Origin: the human T2T-CHM13v2.0 reference genome, Homo sapiens
Direction: 5' to 3' (one strand)
Assembly (NCBI RefSeq): GCF_009914755.1
Contig: NC_060926.1
Length of the DNA: 64,000 nt
Notes under the pieces: model-generated
Told to the model about the DNA's origin: nothing
The model's input: only the letters and a program-made list of their open reading frames with translations
The model's database searches: none
Translations under genes and position numbers: made by a program
Shown here: in pieces, positions 11,351 to 30,812 of the stretch
Layout: the number at the start of each line of letters is the position of its first letter
How positions within the stretch are numbered: position 1 is the first letter of the stretch

Positions 11351-14300
11351 AATGAGAAAGAACCAGAAAAATGATTGTGGTAATATGACAAAACAAGGTT
11401 TATAACACCCCAAAAGATCATACTAGTTCACCAGCAATGGATCCAAACCAAGACAAAATTTCTAAATTGCCAGAAAAATAAATCAGAAGCTCAACTATTA
11501 AGCCAACCAAGAAAGCACCAGAGAAAAGTGAAGGACAACTTAAAGAAATTTTTTAAAAGATACAGGATGTAAATAGAAAAATTTCCAGAGAAATAAATAA
11601 ATAGCATAAATTTTTAAAAAATCACAACTTCTGGAAATGAAGGATACACTTAGAGAATTGCAAAATGCACTGGAAAGTCTCAGCAATAGACTCAAATAAG
11701 TACAAGAAAGAAATTCAGAGCTTGAAGACAAGGCTTTTGAATTAACCCAATTCAACAAACACACACAAAAAAATAATTTAAAAAAATGAACAAAGCCTCC
11801 AAGAAGTTTGGGATTATGTTAAATGTCCAAACCTAAGAATAATTGGTGCTCCCAAGGAAGAAGTTTGGAAAACATATTTTAGGGAATAATTGAGAAAAAC
11901 TTCCCTGGCCTTGATATAGATCTAGACATCCAAATACCAGAAGCTCAAAGAACACCTGGGAAATATATTGCAAAAAGATCACCTAGGCATATGGTCATCA
12001 GGTTATCTAAAGTTAAGAGAAAGGAAAGACTCTTAAGAGCTGTGAGGCAAAAGCATCAGGTAACCCATAAAGCAACCTACCAGAGTAACAGCAGATTTCT
12101 CAGCAGAAACCCTACAAGCTAGAAGGGATTGGGATCCTATCTTTAGCCTCCTTAAACAAAACAGTTAGCCAAGAATTTTGCATTCAGTGAAACTGAGCTT
12201 CACAACTGAAAGAAAGATACAGTCTTTTTCAGACAAACAAATGTCGAGAGAATTTGCCACTACCAAGCCAGCACTACAAGAACTGCTCAAAGGAGCTCTA
12301 AATCTGACACAAATTCTCAAAATACACAAAAATAGAATATCCTTAAAGCATAAATTTCATAGGACCTATAAAACAACAACACAATGAAAAAAATCCCAAG
12401 ATATTCAGGCATCAAAGAGCATGATAAATAGAATAGTACCTCACATCTCAATACTAATGTTGAATGTAAATGACCTAAATGCTCCACTTAAAAGGTACAG
12501 AATGTCAGAACGGATAAGAATTCACCAACCAACTATTTGCTGTCTTCAAGAGACTCACCTGACACATAAGGACTCACATAAACTTAAGGTAAAGGTGTGA
12601 GAAAAGATATCCCATGAAAATGAACACCAAAAGTGAACAGGAGCAGCTATTCTTATATCAGACACAACAAACTTTAAAGCAACAGCAGTTAAAAAAGACA
12701 AAGAGGGACATTATATAATGATAAAAGGACTAGTCCAACAGAATATCACAATCTTAAATATGTATGCATCTAACATTGGAGCTCCCAAATTTATAAAAAA
12801 AATTATTACTAGACCTAAGAAATGAGATAGCAACACAATAATAGTGGGAGATCTCAATACTCCACTGACAGCCCTAGACAGGTCATCAAAATATAAAGTC
12901 AACAAAGAAACAATGGACTTAAACTATACCCTACAACAAATGGACTTAACAGATATTTACAGAATATTCTATCCAACAAATGCAGAATATACATTCTATT
13001 CACCAGCACATGGAACATTTTCCAAGATAGACCATATAATAGGCCCCAAAACAAAGTCTCAACAAATTTAAGAAAATCGAAATTATAGCAAGCACTCTCT
13101 CAGATCACAGTGGAATAAAATAGGAAATCAACTCCAAAAGGAACCCTCGAACCCATGCAAATACATGGAAATTAAGTAACTTGCTCCTGAATGATCGTTG
13201 GGTCAACAATGAAATCAAGATGGAAATTAAAAATCTCTTTGAACTGAACAATAATAGTGACACAACATATCAAAACCTCTGCGACATGGCAAAGGTGGTG
13301 CTAACAGGAAAGTTCACAGTATTAAATGCCTCCATTTAAAAGTCTGAAAGAGCACAAATACACAATCCAAGGTCACATCTCAAGGAGCTACAGAAACAAG
13401 AATAAACCAAATACAAACCCAGCAAAAGAAAAAAATAATAATAACCAAGATGAGAACAGAACTAAATAAAAATAAAACAAAAAAATACAAAACCAGTACC
13501 ACAGAAATACAAAAGATCATTCAAGGCTACTATGAACACCTTTATGCACATAAACTAAAAACCTAGAGGAGATGGATAAATCCCTGAAAATATACAACCC
13601 TCCTAGATTAAACTAGGAAGAAACAGAAACTCTGAACAGACCAATAACAAACAGTGAGACTGAAATGGTAATAAAAATATTGCCAACAACAATGAAAAAG
13701 TCCAGGACCAAATGCATTCATAGGTGAATTCTAGCAGACATTCAAAGAATTGTTACTAATCCTATTCACACTATTTCAAAAGACAGAGAAAGAGGGAATC
13801 CTCTCCAAATTATTCTATGAAGCCAGTGTTACCCTAATACCAAAATCAGGAAAGGACATAACAACAACAACAAAAAAAAACTACAGACAAATATCCCTGA
13901 TTAACATAGATGCAAAAATCCACAACAAAATACTAGCTCACCCAAATCCAACAGCAAATCAAAAAGATAATCCACCATGATCAAGTGGATTTCATACCAG
14001 GGATGCAGGGATGGTTTAACATACACAAGCCAATAAATGTGATACACCACATAAAGAGAATTAAGAACAAAAATCACGTTATCATCTCAATAGCAACAGA
14101 AAAAGCATTTGACAAAATCCAGCATCGCTTTGTGATTAAAATCCTCAGCAAAATTGGTGTACAAGTGAAATACCTTAAGGTAATAAAAGCCATTTATGAC
14201 AAACCCACAGCCAGCATTATGCTGAATGGGGAAAAGTTGAAAGTATTTCCCCTGAGAACTGGAATAAGACAAGGATGCCCACTCTCACCACCTCTATTCA

Positions 14301-16201
14301 ACATAGTACTGGAAGTCCTAGCCAGAGCAATGAGACAAGAGAAAGAAATCAAGAGCATCCAAATTGGTAAAGAGGAAGTCAAACTGTCATTGTTTCTTTG
14401 TGACATGATCATATACCTAGAAGACCCTAAAGACTCATCTAAAAAGCTCCTAGACCTGGTCAATAAATTCAGCAAAGTTCTAGGATATAAAAGTAATGCA
14501 CACAAATCAGTAGCCTTCCTATACATGAACAGCAACCAAGCTGAGAATCAAATCAAGAATTCTACTGCTTTCACAATAGCTGAAAAAAAATACTTAGGAG
14601 TATACCTAACTAAGGAGGTGAAAGGCCTCTACAAGGAAAACAATGAAACACTGCTGAAAGAAATCAGAGATGACACAAACAAATGGAAACACATTGCAAT
14701 TCCGATAAAAACACAACCATCATTCTTCACTGAACTAGAAAAAACAATGTAAAAACAACCTAAAATCCATATGAAACCAAAAAGAGCCCACATAGGCAAA
14801 GCAAGACTAAGCAAAAAGAACAAATCTGGAGGCATTATGTTACCCATCTTCAAACTATACTATAAGGCCATAGTCACCAAAATAACATGGGACTGGTATA
14901 AAAACAGGCACATAGACCAATGGATCAGAATAGAGAATCCAGAAATATAGCCAAATACTTACAGCCAACTGATCTTCAGCAAAGCAAACAAAAACATAAA
15001 GTGGGGAAAGGACACCCTATTCAACAAATGGAGCTGGGATAATTGGCAAGCTACATGTAGAAGAATGAAACTGGATTCTCATCTCTCACCTTAAACAAAA
15101 ATCAACCTAAGATGGATCAGAGACATAAATCATTGGAGAAACCCTTCTAGACACTGTCTTAGGCAATACTTCATGACAAGAACCCAAAGAAAACACAACA
15201 AAAACAAAGATAAATAGATGGGACCTAATTAAACAATAAAGCTTCTGCACAGCAAAAGAAATAATCAGCAGAGTAAACAGACAACCCACAGAGTGGGAGA
15301 AAATCTTTGCAAGCTATACATCTGACAAAGGATTAATATCCAGAATCTACAACAAACTCAAACAAATCACCAAGAAAAACCAATTAATCCCATCAAAAAG
15401 TGGGCTAAGGACATGAACAGGCAATTCTCAGAAGAACATATACAAATGGCCAACAAACATATAAAAATATGCTCAGTATCACTAATTATCAGGGAAATGT
15501 GAATCAAAACCACAATGCAATACCACCTTACTCATAATCAAAAAATTAAAAAAAACAGATGTTGGCGTGGATATGGTGAAAAGGAAACACTTTTACACTG
15601 CTGGTGGGAACATAAACTAGTACAACCACCATGGAAAGCAGTGTGGAGATTACTTAAAGAGCTAAAAGTAGATCTACCATTGATCCATCAACCCCACTCC
15701 TGGGTATCTACCCAGAGGAAAATAAGTCATTATATGAAAAAGATACTTGCACATGTATGTTTATAGCAGCACAATTCACAATTGCAAAAATATGGAACCA
15801 GTCCAAATGTCCATCAATCAAAGAATAAAGAAATTGTGGTGTATATATACCATGGAATACTACTAAGCCATAAAAAGAAACAAAATAATGGCATTCACAA
15901 CAACCTGGATGGAATTGGAGACCATTATTCTAAATGAAGTAACTCAGAAATGGAAAACCAAACGTAAGTTCTCACTCATAAGTGGGAGCTAAGCTGTGAG
16001 GATGCAAATACATAAAAATGATACAATGGACTTTGGGGACTCAGGGGAAAGGGTGGGAGGGGGTGAGCAATAAACAACTACACATTGGATACAATGTACA
16101 CTGCCCAGAATTACAAAATCTAAGAAATTACCACTGAAGAACTTATTCATGTAACCAAACACCATGTGGTCTCCCAAAAACCTATTAAAAAAAAAAAAAA
16201 A
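11351..16201 (+). mobile_element. L1PB-like LINE-1, lacking 5'UTR, ORF1 and ORF2 inactivated
   Basis: ORF1 from ATGAGAAAGAACCAG; EN/RT fragments (ORFs 12844-13071, 13985-14752); L1PB-type 3'UTR GAGCTAAGCTGTGAGGATGCAAA...CCAAAAACCTATT and poly(A). Confidence 0.95.
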
Positions 16202-16250
16202 GAATCACAGATGGAAACATTCTACTCGTGAAACAACATCAATAGCCAAC

Positions 16251-16797
16251 TGTGGTAGGACACATAGTTCCCTACCACCAGCAACAACAGATATCTATAC
16301 CTTAATCCCAGAAAACTTTGAATTATGCCTTATATGGCAAAAAAATGTACACAGTATCTTCAGATGGAGACATCATCCTCGATTATCCCAGTGGGCCCTA
16401 AATACAATCACAAGTGTCTTTATAAGAGGAAGTCAGAGGGATATTTGACATATATAGAAGATGATGAGGTAATGTGACCATGGAGCAGACATTAGAGTGA
16501 TGCTGCCACAAGCCATGGAATGCTAGCAGCCACAAACATAGAAGATGATGAGGTAATGTCACCATGGAGCAGACATTAGAGTGATGCTGCCACAAGCCAT
16601 GGAATGCTAGCAGCCACACACAGCTGAAAAGGAAAGAGACGGATTCTCCTCTAGATCCTCAAGAGGGAGTGCAGTCCTGTTGACACCTTGATTTCAATCC
16701 AGTGATACTATTAATAATTTCAGTTACCTAGCCCTCAGAACTGTGAGAGAATAAACTCATGTTGTTTTAAGCCTCCCGGTTTGTGAAAACTAATATA
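16251..16797 (+). mobile_element. MaLR solo LTR (MLT1C/D-like) with internal 84-bp duplication
   Basis: TGTGGTAGG...CTAATATA; perfect 5-bp TSD CCAAC at 16246-16250 and 16798-16802. Confidence 0.88.
16454..16621. repeat. Tandem duplication, 2 x 84 bp
   Basis: ATAGAAGATGATGAGG...GCAGCCACAAAC repeated with 2 mismatches. Confidence 0.97.
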
Positions 16798-16989
16798 CCA
16801 ACATAAACCTCAGTTTTTCATGGAAAAGACTGTGGAACCCCTAATACCAACCTCACTTATCAACAAGTATAGATAACAAGATTTGATGCTTATCTGATGA
16901 CATATGAATTATCCCAATATTATGATAGAAATAGTGAAAAGTTAATAACTTTACAACATTATTTTCATAAATTATTTCATGCTTAATAG

Positions 16990-17470
16990 TTTCACAACAT
17001 TCTATGGAATAGATTACCATAGTTAATTAAGCCATCTCTGATTTGTGGACATTTATATTATTTTCAGTTTTTTATTATTGAAAGCATATCATTGAAGGAT
17101 ATTCTATTAGCTAAATCCTTGTCTACATCTATCATTATTTTCTAAAGATGCATTTCTAGAAGTGGAATTGCTGGATCAAAGTGAACATTTTAAAATGTCT
17201 ATTATGTGTTAATCAATTGCCTTTCCAGAAATCAGCCTTCTGCTGATTTGTGTTTTACCAGCAGTATATGGAAATGCTCACTCTCCCAAAAAGAACACAG
17301 TTCATATACCTATTTTAAAAAATCTTAAATTGACATGTGAAGTGTTATCTCATTATTTTAACTTGAATTATTTATTTGTTGGATTACCACTGAGGTTGAA
17401 CATTTTTTCATGTGTTGACTGACGACTTCAATTTTTTTCTTTATGAATCACCTCCCCATTTCCTTTGCTT
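16990..17470 (-). mobile_element. Ancient L1 (L1ME/L1MC-like) fragment
   Basis: TTTCTAGAAGTGGAATTGCTGGATCAAAG, GTTATCTCATTATTTTAACTTGAATT and CTGAGGTTGAACATTTTTTCATGTG antisense L1 motifs. Confidence 0.7.
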
Positions 17471-18849
17471 GGAAGAACTATTTAATTATGTGAAAATAGT
17501 TATTGACACATTTACGTTTAAATTTTTTTAAAAAGCTTATTTTTCTACATTTAAAAATAAAATGTAATGAGTTTCTTAGGAAGTGAGGTCAGCAGGTTAG
17601 TTTCACTTCTTAGCAAATTTTATCACTATTATGGGAACACTAACAAATGCAGAACATAACTTGGAGATTGACAAGTACAAATTATTTTTTCCTCTTTAAT
17701 TCTTCAAAGCACAAACCTTTTATTTCTCAGTTTGGTGGTGGTATTTTTAAATGAATCATGCTGTTTCTGTTTCCATTTTGTACCTAATTCTTAAGTATTT
17801 AAGCAGAATCAGTTTGCTATTTATCATATAAACAACAGCTATGATTATTTGGTCATTATTTAAAGAGTGTCAATATTTAATTGCATTTTATTAATTGAAT
17901 ATTTCTCCAAAGAAAAAAAATGATTCCAAAGAATGTAATGCACAGTATGTAGCTAAAAATCAATAATCTTTTTTATATAAGATTATGATGAATGGAATGA
18001 TTCTTTTTGGAGGAGATAACAGATTGGTATAATGGTTTGGGTTTATTATTTACTATTTTTTAAAATGTTAGATCAGGATTTTGGAAAAGAACTTTCACCA
18101 TTTATCTCCCAGTCTCCAAATTTCCATGGTCTCTTATAAAACTTCTTTGAACTGGTTATTATGATTCTTCATATCCTTGTCTTTTCTACCAACAGTTTTT
18201 CTGATGTGAAATTTCAATGTCTATAGATACAATCTCTTCTTGATGTAAGATGTTGTTCCATCCACCCCACCAACCTGTACTATTGAAGGCTCAAATTATT
18301 TTCTATATTTACCACAAACTTACCCTTAAATGTTCCAGTCCCCAACTAAGCTCCCACTGGCAAACTGCTATTGGATCTGTGCTCATCATTCTGTTTGCTT
18401 GGTACAGAGCTTACTTATATTCTTGTGCTATGTCTTCTATGCAAAATTAAACTGTAGGAGGGAAAATTTATCTCTCATTTACAATTTCAGTATGGCTGGT
18501 CTTCACTGGAGAAATAATCCAAGATTCTCTCCACCATGCACCCAACCAACTCACTCCTCTCCAGGAAGAAATGACTTAGCTGATGAGTGAGTTGGAAAAC
18601 ATAACTGAATGTATGTACTCAACCACCTACTCTTTGCTTCCTCTTTATCTCTGTCTCATTATAAAGAAAATAACACATTTTCATTTGCTCAATTATAGTG
18701 GGGCAGGGCTACACTTTTGAGGGTAATTCCTCTGTGGTTCAGGGAAGTGTTTACAAGCCATCTGGCAAGTCCTAAACTGTCCATTGTCCACTGTCCCCTA
18801 TATAATAGCTTTCTCTATACTAAAGGTGAGGTTGTAATCTACGTATTTC

Positions 18850-19170
18850 TTTTTTTTCTTTTTTTTTTTTTTTGTTTTTTTTGGAGGCAGAGTCTCACAC
18901 TGTCACCCAGGCTGGAGTGCAATGGTGCGATCTTGGCTCACTGCATCACTGCAACCTCTGCCTCCCGGGTTCAAATGGTTCTCCTGCCTCAGCCTCCTGA
19001 GTAGCTGGGATTACAGGTACCTGGCATCATGCCCCACTAATCTTTTTTGTATTTTTAGATATAGGGTTTCACCATGTTGACCAGACTTGTCTTGAACTCC
19101 TCACCTCGTGATCTGCCCGCTCGGCCTCCCAAAGTGCTAGGATTACAGGCGTGAGCCAACACGCCCGGCC
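18850..19170 (-). mobile_element. AluS
   Basis: Full dimer; TSD TAATCTA(CG/TA)TATTTCT on both sides. Confidence 0.93.
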
Positions 19171-19414
19171 TAATCTATATATTTCTTAACTGATTCTCAA
19201 TATTCTCAAATGATCCCGAAATCAAACAGATAACAAAATTGTATTTGAAGACTTTCCTTAGACCCTATGACTAGAATTTATGCTGTTTTCAAGCAGGCAA
19301 TGCATCCTATATATTTTAAACTTATAATTCAGGTCTAGTTATACAAAAGTTATCAAATTATTTAATCATGATGGTAAGTATTATTTGAGTGATCAGGAGT
19401 TTGTAGATTTCCTC

Positions 19415-19580
19415 ACATAGACTTCCCCAGTAAATCTTCACTTCAACTCTGTGAGGCAGGCATGGAAAGTTATTCTCCCTCTAGACAGATCTGAACACTG
19501 GGACTCAAGGAGGCTAAAGGACAAACTTAGTACCATATGATTTATAAATAGAATGATTTTATGTCACAGTTTGCTGCAGA
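19415..19580 (-). mobile_element. MIR fragment
   Basis: AATCTTCACTTCAACTCTGTGAGGCAGG...ACAGATCTGAACACTGGGACTCAAGGAGGCTAA. Confidence 0.5.
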
Positions 19581-19838
19581 CATTCTCAATTTAAGAATAT
19601 TGCCGTGGGAATATTTCCTAATGGAACTTCATTTATCCCAGTCTGAACACAAAATAATGGTATGATATGGTATGGTAACCACTATTTTAAGTGGTAAATA
19701 CAAAGGAACCAAAATTAAACACTGATTAATAGGTTTGTTTTATAGTTTATCAAGTTGTTCTCTAATTCTCGTTAAATTGAGAGCGAATATGGGTAAACAC
19801 AATTATGAAGTTCAACACTACATAAACTAAAAATATAA

Positions 19839-20211
19839 TGGTATGGTTTGGCTTTATGTCCCCACCCAAATCTCACCTTTAATTATAATAATCCCCACAT
19901 GTCTAGGTCAGGACCAGATGGAGGTAACTGAATCATAGGGGCAGTTTCCCCCATGCTGTTCTTGTGCTAGTGAGTGATTTCTCAAGATATCTGATGGTTT
20001 TATAAGTGTTTTGGCATTCCCCCTGCTTGCTCTCTCTCTATCCTGCTGCCCTGTGAAGAAGGTGCCTGTTACTCCTTTGCCTTCTGCCATGATTATAAGT
20101 TTCCTCAGGCCTCCCCAGCAATGTGGAACGTAAGTCAATTAAACCTCTTTCCTTTGTAAATTACCCAGTCTTGGGCGGTTCTTTATAGTAGTGTGAGAAC
20201 AGCCTAATACA
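19839..20211 (+). mobile_element. THE1 (THE1C/D-like) solo LTR
   Basis: TGGTATGGTTTGGCT...CCCCACCCAAATCTCA...TAAATTACCCAGTC...CTAATACA; TSD TATAA/TATAG. Confidence 0.92.
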
Positions 20212-20829
20212 TATAGAAAGCAGATATTCCCAAGTAATATCTTGAAAAAAGTAAAGAGTAAATTATAACAATCTATTCTTTTAAGTGTCATTACTTCATG
20301 ATTCCAGGTGAAATGATAATGGTAGTGCTTTTATTTTATTTTCACTCTCCCTTGGAAAATATCTGCACAACTTTGGCTTTAAATGAAATTCCAAAACACT
20401 ACTTATAAATTTAGTGTTTTCAAAGGGTCTTTCTTATTTATGCAATGTTTTGTAAAAGGAGGTTTGGGCCAGTATTAACCCTTGTGAGGCATTAATTGAT
20501 TTTTCACAAAAAAAATGAATCTCTCTTTTTGCAGTTTCTTTTGTTCAGATTTTTCTCTTTCTGCCATTATTTTTCATTCTTTCCTTCTCTTATGCGGTAA
20601 CTTTTATTGAAGTATAAGATAAGTAGAGACAAATGAACCAATCATAATGTACAAACTCACAAACATTCATAAGAAACCAACATAACCTGAACCTCAAAAA
20701 GCAATGCTTCTCTTTCTCTCTCCCTCCCTCCCTCACTCTCCCACTCTGTCTTAATCTTTCTCCCCTCCACTGTATTTCCATCTGCCTGACTCGGAGGCTT
20801 ACCGCTAGTTTGTTTTTGAAATTGAGTCA

Positions 20830-21030
20830 TGAAAATTTATGAGATTTATGAGTTTCCCTAGAACCCTAAGAAACATGTAGCCTCGGTTTTTCATCAATAA
20901 AATGGGGGATGTTTACAATAATGCCCACCTCATTTTGAACTTCTGTAAAAGTTAAATGAGAAAAATGCATGTAAAGTACTTGCTACAGTTTTTGGTATAC
21001 AAAAATGTTAAAGAAATGTAAATTGTATTG
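20830..21030 (+). mobile_element. MIR fragment
   Basis: GCCTCGGTTTTTCATCAATAAAATGGGG...GTTAAATGAGAAAAATGCATGTAAAGTACTT. Confidence 0.6.
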
Positions 21031-21774
21031 AATATTCCTCTGTTTGATATTAGGACTCACTGGATTACTCAAACAGCTTCATAATTTGTCTCCATATCCC
21101 TTATAGCTATCAACTCAAATCTACCTTAAACATTTCTGCCAGAGTTTTTATCTCCCACCACCCACAACGAGATCTGATTATATCATCGCCTTTCTCAAAA
21201 TATATAAGGATGAAAAGTTTTTAAAACTTTAAATGGTTTTCATGATCCTTCATAAAATGATTCTAATCCATACCACCATATCTCTGTCTCATTTTAATCT
21301 CCATAAATTCAACTCTGGTCATACCAGAAAAATTCTGCTCTGTGACTATCCTTGCATTTTTGAACTTGGTGCCTTACTCATAATACCCTCTAAGCTTGAG
21401 AAAAATCTTTCTTTGTATCTATTTATTGAATTTACACATTTTCAAATTCAGCCTACATGTAGAGTCAGAATTAATTTTTCCTCAGCACATAGTCTACATT
21501 CCATTATTAGTATTTATCTCTTTATTGTCTATATAACTTTAGGCTGGTGTGTAAACATATTTCTAATAAGTATATAAAATGTATATGTGTATGCCATATA
21601 ATATATATTCTTTAGCTAAATGTAATTCTATAACATACATTTAAGTAGCAAGATCATACATTCCTCATTGTCATCTCTAAGCATGACACTGACATGCCTT
21701 CAATGTAATTAAAATTCAAAAAAAGAAAGTTCACTGAGTTAAATTACCTTAAGATTTATACTATTAAAAATGCA

Positions 21775-22075
21775 GGCCAGGCACAGTGGCTCACTCCTGT
21801 AATCTTAGCACTTTTGGAGGCCAAGATAGGAGAATCACTTGAGCCTATGAGATCGAAACCAGCCTGGGCAACATAGGGAGAAACCATCTGTATAAAAAAT
21901 TTAAAAATTAGCCCAGTGTGGTGGTGAACACCTGTTGTTGGAGCTACTCCAGAGACTGAGGCAGGAGGATTACTTGAGGAGTTTGGGGCTGCAGTGAGCT
22001 TTGATGGTGCCACTGCACTCCAGCATGGGAACAGAATAACACCCCATCACAAAAAAAAGAAAAAGAAAAAGAAAA
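21775..22075 (+). mobile_element. AluJ
   Basis: GGCCAGGCACAGTGGCTC..., diverged dimer with GAATCACTTGAGCC and A-rich tail. Confidence 0.9.
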
Positions 22076-23459
22076 TACAATTGTATTATGGAATTCATAT
22101 ACATAATTGAATAAATATCTTGTAGAACTTTAAAACCATAATGTATAACTAGCAAGAAAACAAAATACAGTGAGTACATAATTACTTACAGTAATAACAT
22201 TAAATTGTGTGAAGTGTTATAAAGTTTACACTGTGATTCTAATGTATGAATTTATTTGATCTTCCACAACAACCCTATGAAGTTGCCTTGAAGCCAAAAC
22301 AATTTAAAATTAGAGTAACCTCTTTTCTAAGAAGGCATGTTGAGTTCTTTGCAACCCACGTATTGTACAAAACATCAGAAAGAGCTTCCTGACTTATAGA
22401 ATCAAGTAATTAAAAATCTAACGTTTTTTTTTTCTGACTACCAGTCCTATATTGGTCACCAATGTGCTATAATTGGACAATTTCAGATATTCTATAAAAA
22501 CTTCACTGATAACTTCCATTCAAAACCTAGAAACTTCTTCTTTATCTTATTATCGTTGGGAAGAATTGTGGTTTAACTCCCATTAATAATTTATTTTAAA
22601 GACAATTCACAAGCTTACCACATAAAATAAAATTTTTGCAGTAATTAGATGAAAGAAATAATAAGAACTCTCTGAAATCTGAGGTAAGAAAGAATGCCTC
22701 ATGTTGCAGAAGTTTCCCTGGGAGGGGTGTAGAGAATGAAAAGGAAAAGAGGGGAAAGAAAGCATTAAAAAAATCCCTGTTGATGATAAACATTAGCAAA
22801 GTTTACTCCTACTACAAGACAATTTCCAATGGCTATATTTCAAAGGAAGTGAAAGCATAGAGAGTGGTATTAACTTATTTTAATACTATTACTAACTTAT
22901 TTTTTCTATAACAAGTGCTAATAGAGTACTTTTGGGAAGGGTACAAAGTTTTTCAATGAACATTTAACAAAGTGATTTATTATTGTGGTTCTAAATCTGG
23001 TTCTAGATTAGATTGAATGTATTATTTGCATTATGGTAAATTCACATTTGGTATAGACTTTATGTTTTCACTTAAGCAGCAGATCACCACTTGAAGCCAA
23101 GTACAATATGGATAAGTTTCTGTTCTGAGTATATCAGGAAAGTGATTTTCTTTTTCACTCTGTACCTTCAAATCCTCTAGACTCATACATTAAGTCGAAG
23201 TGCAGCTATTCTCAATCTAGGTTTCTCAAGCATTACTTCGATGCATTTCATATCACAAAATCACTTCCTGTGTTCATTTATAAGCCTGAAAGAATATATG
23301 TAAAGAACCTAAACATATTTTTTTCTCTGTTACACATTGTTGGATGGATTGGAGTCATCACTGAATGCTGTTTCCTGTCTACTAGCTTAATCTCTATATA
23401 ACACATATAATTCATACTCGAGTTAATAGATGTGACACATCTGATTGGGAGGGCTTTTT

Positions 23460-27632
<4,173 letters not shown>

Positions 27633-27933
27633 AAAGGAAAAATCACTTTACTCCAAAATTAAATATCCAGGGGAAAACTAACACACAAAAAGAACCCTAC
27701 TGTGATGTATTGCAAAGACAAAAAAAGCCTTTAAGTTAAGTTTATCTGCTGACAATGCAGGAGCATCTTGTTTACATCACTGTGTTTTTCCTACCAGGTA
27801 AAAGTGCCATCTACAAATCTTTGCAATTTGAAAAATAGCCATAACTACTCACCGTGGTTATGTGCAAATTAAGCACTACTAGTCTTTAAAAGCACTCAAT
27901 TGCTCTTTATTTAGCTTTTCATTTCTAGAATGA

Positions 27934-29159
<1,226 letters not shown>

Positions 29160-30778
29160 GAGGGAATGGCTTATAAGATAATAAGACTTATTAGTAAAAA
29201 GAACTTATGCAATTTACTTACAAAAATGGTCTTTAAAATGAGTATTGCTATATGAAAAGATGGCTGCTTTCCACATGTCACTTAAAAGTTTAATTCGCAA
29301 ACTGAATTTTCCATTGTTACAGTCAAAATGTTATAATGTCCATTTTTACATGTAGAGATCAATGAATAATGCAGACATCTCACAACTCTTTACTTGAAAT
29401 CCTAGTTAATTTGTGCAAGTTCCAAGCACAGTTGGGACAGTGTTGATTGTGGTTTAAGAAAAATGAATTAGAAGATAAAAGCTCTAAAAAACATGGAAGA
29501 ATATCTACACAGAAGAGTTAGATGTCAAAATTATAGATGTTTCCACCATGTTATAGGGACCATCAAGATTCATTTTGCCTAGGAGATTAGCAATAAAAAA
29601 TTCTAAACACTTATTTGACATACAAATTTTCTAATAAATAAAATGAACACCATTTTAGATTTGTATAACACAGAAAACAACATTTGATCTCTATTCAGAT
29701 AAGTTTCACCTAATTGAAAAAGTAATACTTCAGAATTGCAGCCTGTACTTGTAAAGTGAAAATGTATATGTTGATTCTCCATTAAAGGAGTTGGATATTT
29801 TATTGTTCTTGTCACTGGGAAAGCATTTTATTCCTTTAACAGAATTATTAGTACCATCACCCTATCTTATCAAGGATTTAAGGCAATTATACAATGGAAC
29901 GATACGCAAGTATCAAAGGAAAGAGGCCATTAAGACCAAATGTATTTCAGGTTCAAAAAGACTTTAGTTCATACAACAACAAAACTATATTAAAAGGTAA
30001 AATTTATTTCTGTGAGATTCTGTGGCCAATTTCCAATGATAAATTTTCTTATTGAGCACTGTATGAACCCAAAGATGCCTACATATACAAGTGCTAATCT
30101 TGAGAAGGAAATGATAAATGCTAAAGAGGAAAAGAAATACTAGACATCAATACTGAGGCAATATCATTTCAAGAAAACTTTAGTACTTTTCTTGTTGTAT
30201 TCATTCACCTACTGATTTTTCTTTGAAGTTAAGAAAGGTTATCTAATTATTCAACAAGCATTTAATGGCTCTTGGGGAGTGCAATATTTACAACAATGAC
30301 AGGCATTTTTTTCTTTACATTTATTCAATAGTTTAGCCATAACATATAATAACATTGGAGATATTTGAACAAACTGTTTATATCACGCTTACAGTTCTTC
30401 TGAATTCTCAAGAACTCACTCTACAGAGTAAATCTGTGTCATTCTGCAGCCTTGTTTTCTCAGGATTTTGAAGGCGCTCAGGTTTTCCTTTATTCTAATC
30501 TAGTGTGGGCATCTGTGCAATCATGTAAGGCAATGACAAAGTTATTTATACTCCACTTACTTTACTTTAAAAGGGAATTAAAATAGCTTCCTGATGGGAG
30601 TAGGTAAGAAATGGACTCTGACTGAGAGCCTAAGAAAAATCATTTCACTCAAAGTCAAATGACTCTAAAGTTCAAGCTTGTACAGGTTCAGTATAAACCA
30701 TAAAGAATGTGCTGTGTTAGGCATTATGGGATATATCCTCCTAAAAGAAAAGCTGATGAAAAGAATACAAATTATATA

Positions 30779-30812
30779 AATGAAGATGATTTTTTAATGA
30801 AGATGATTTTTT
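30779..30812. repeat. Perfect 2 x 17 bp tandem duplication
   Basis: AATGAAGATGATTTTTT repeated twice. Confidence 0.9.

Noticed and set aside
16398-16619. ORF with a 28-aa repeat, or a CRISPR-like array
   Set aside because: Only two adjacent copies with no spacer; it is a tandem duplication within an MLT1 LTR
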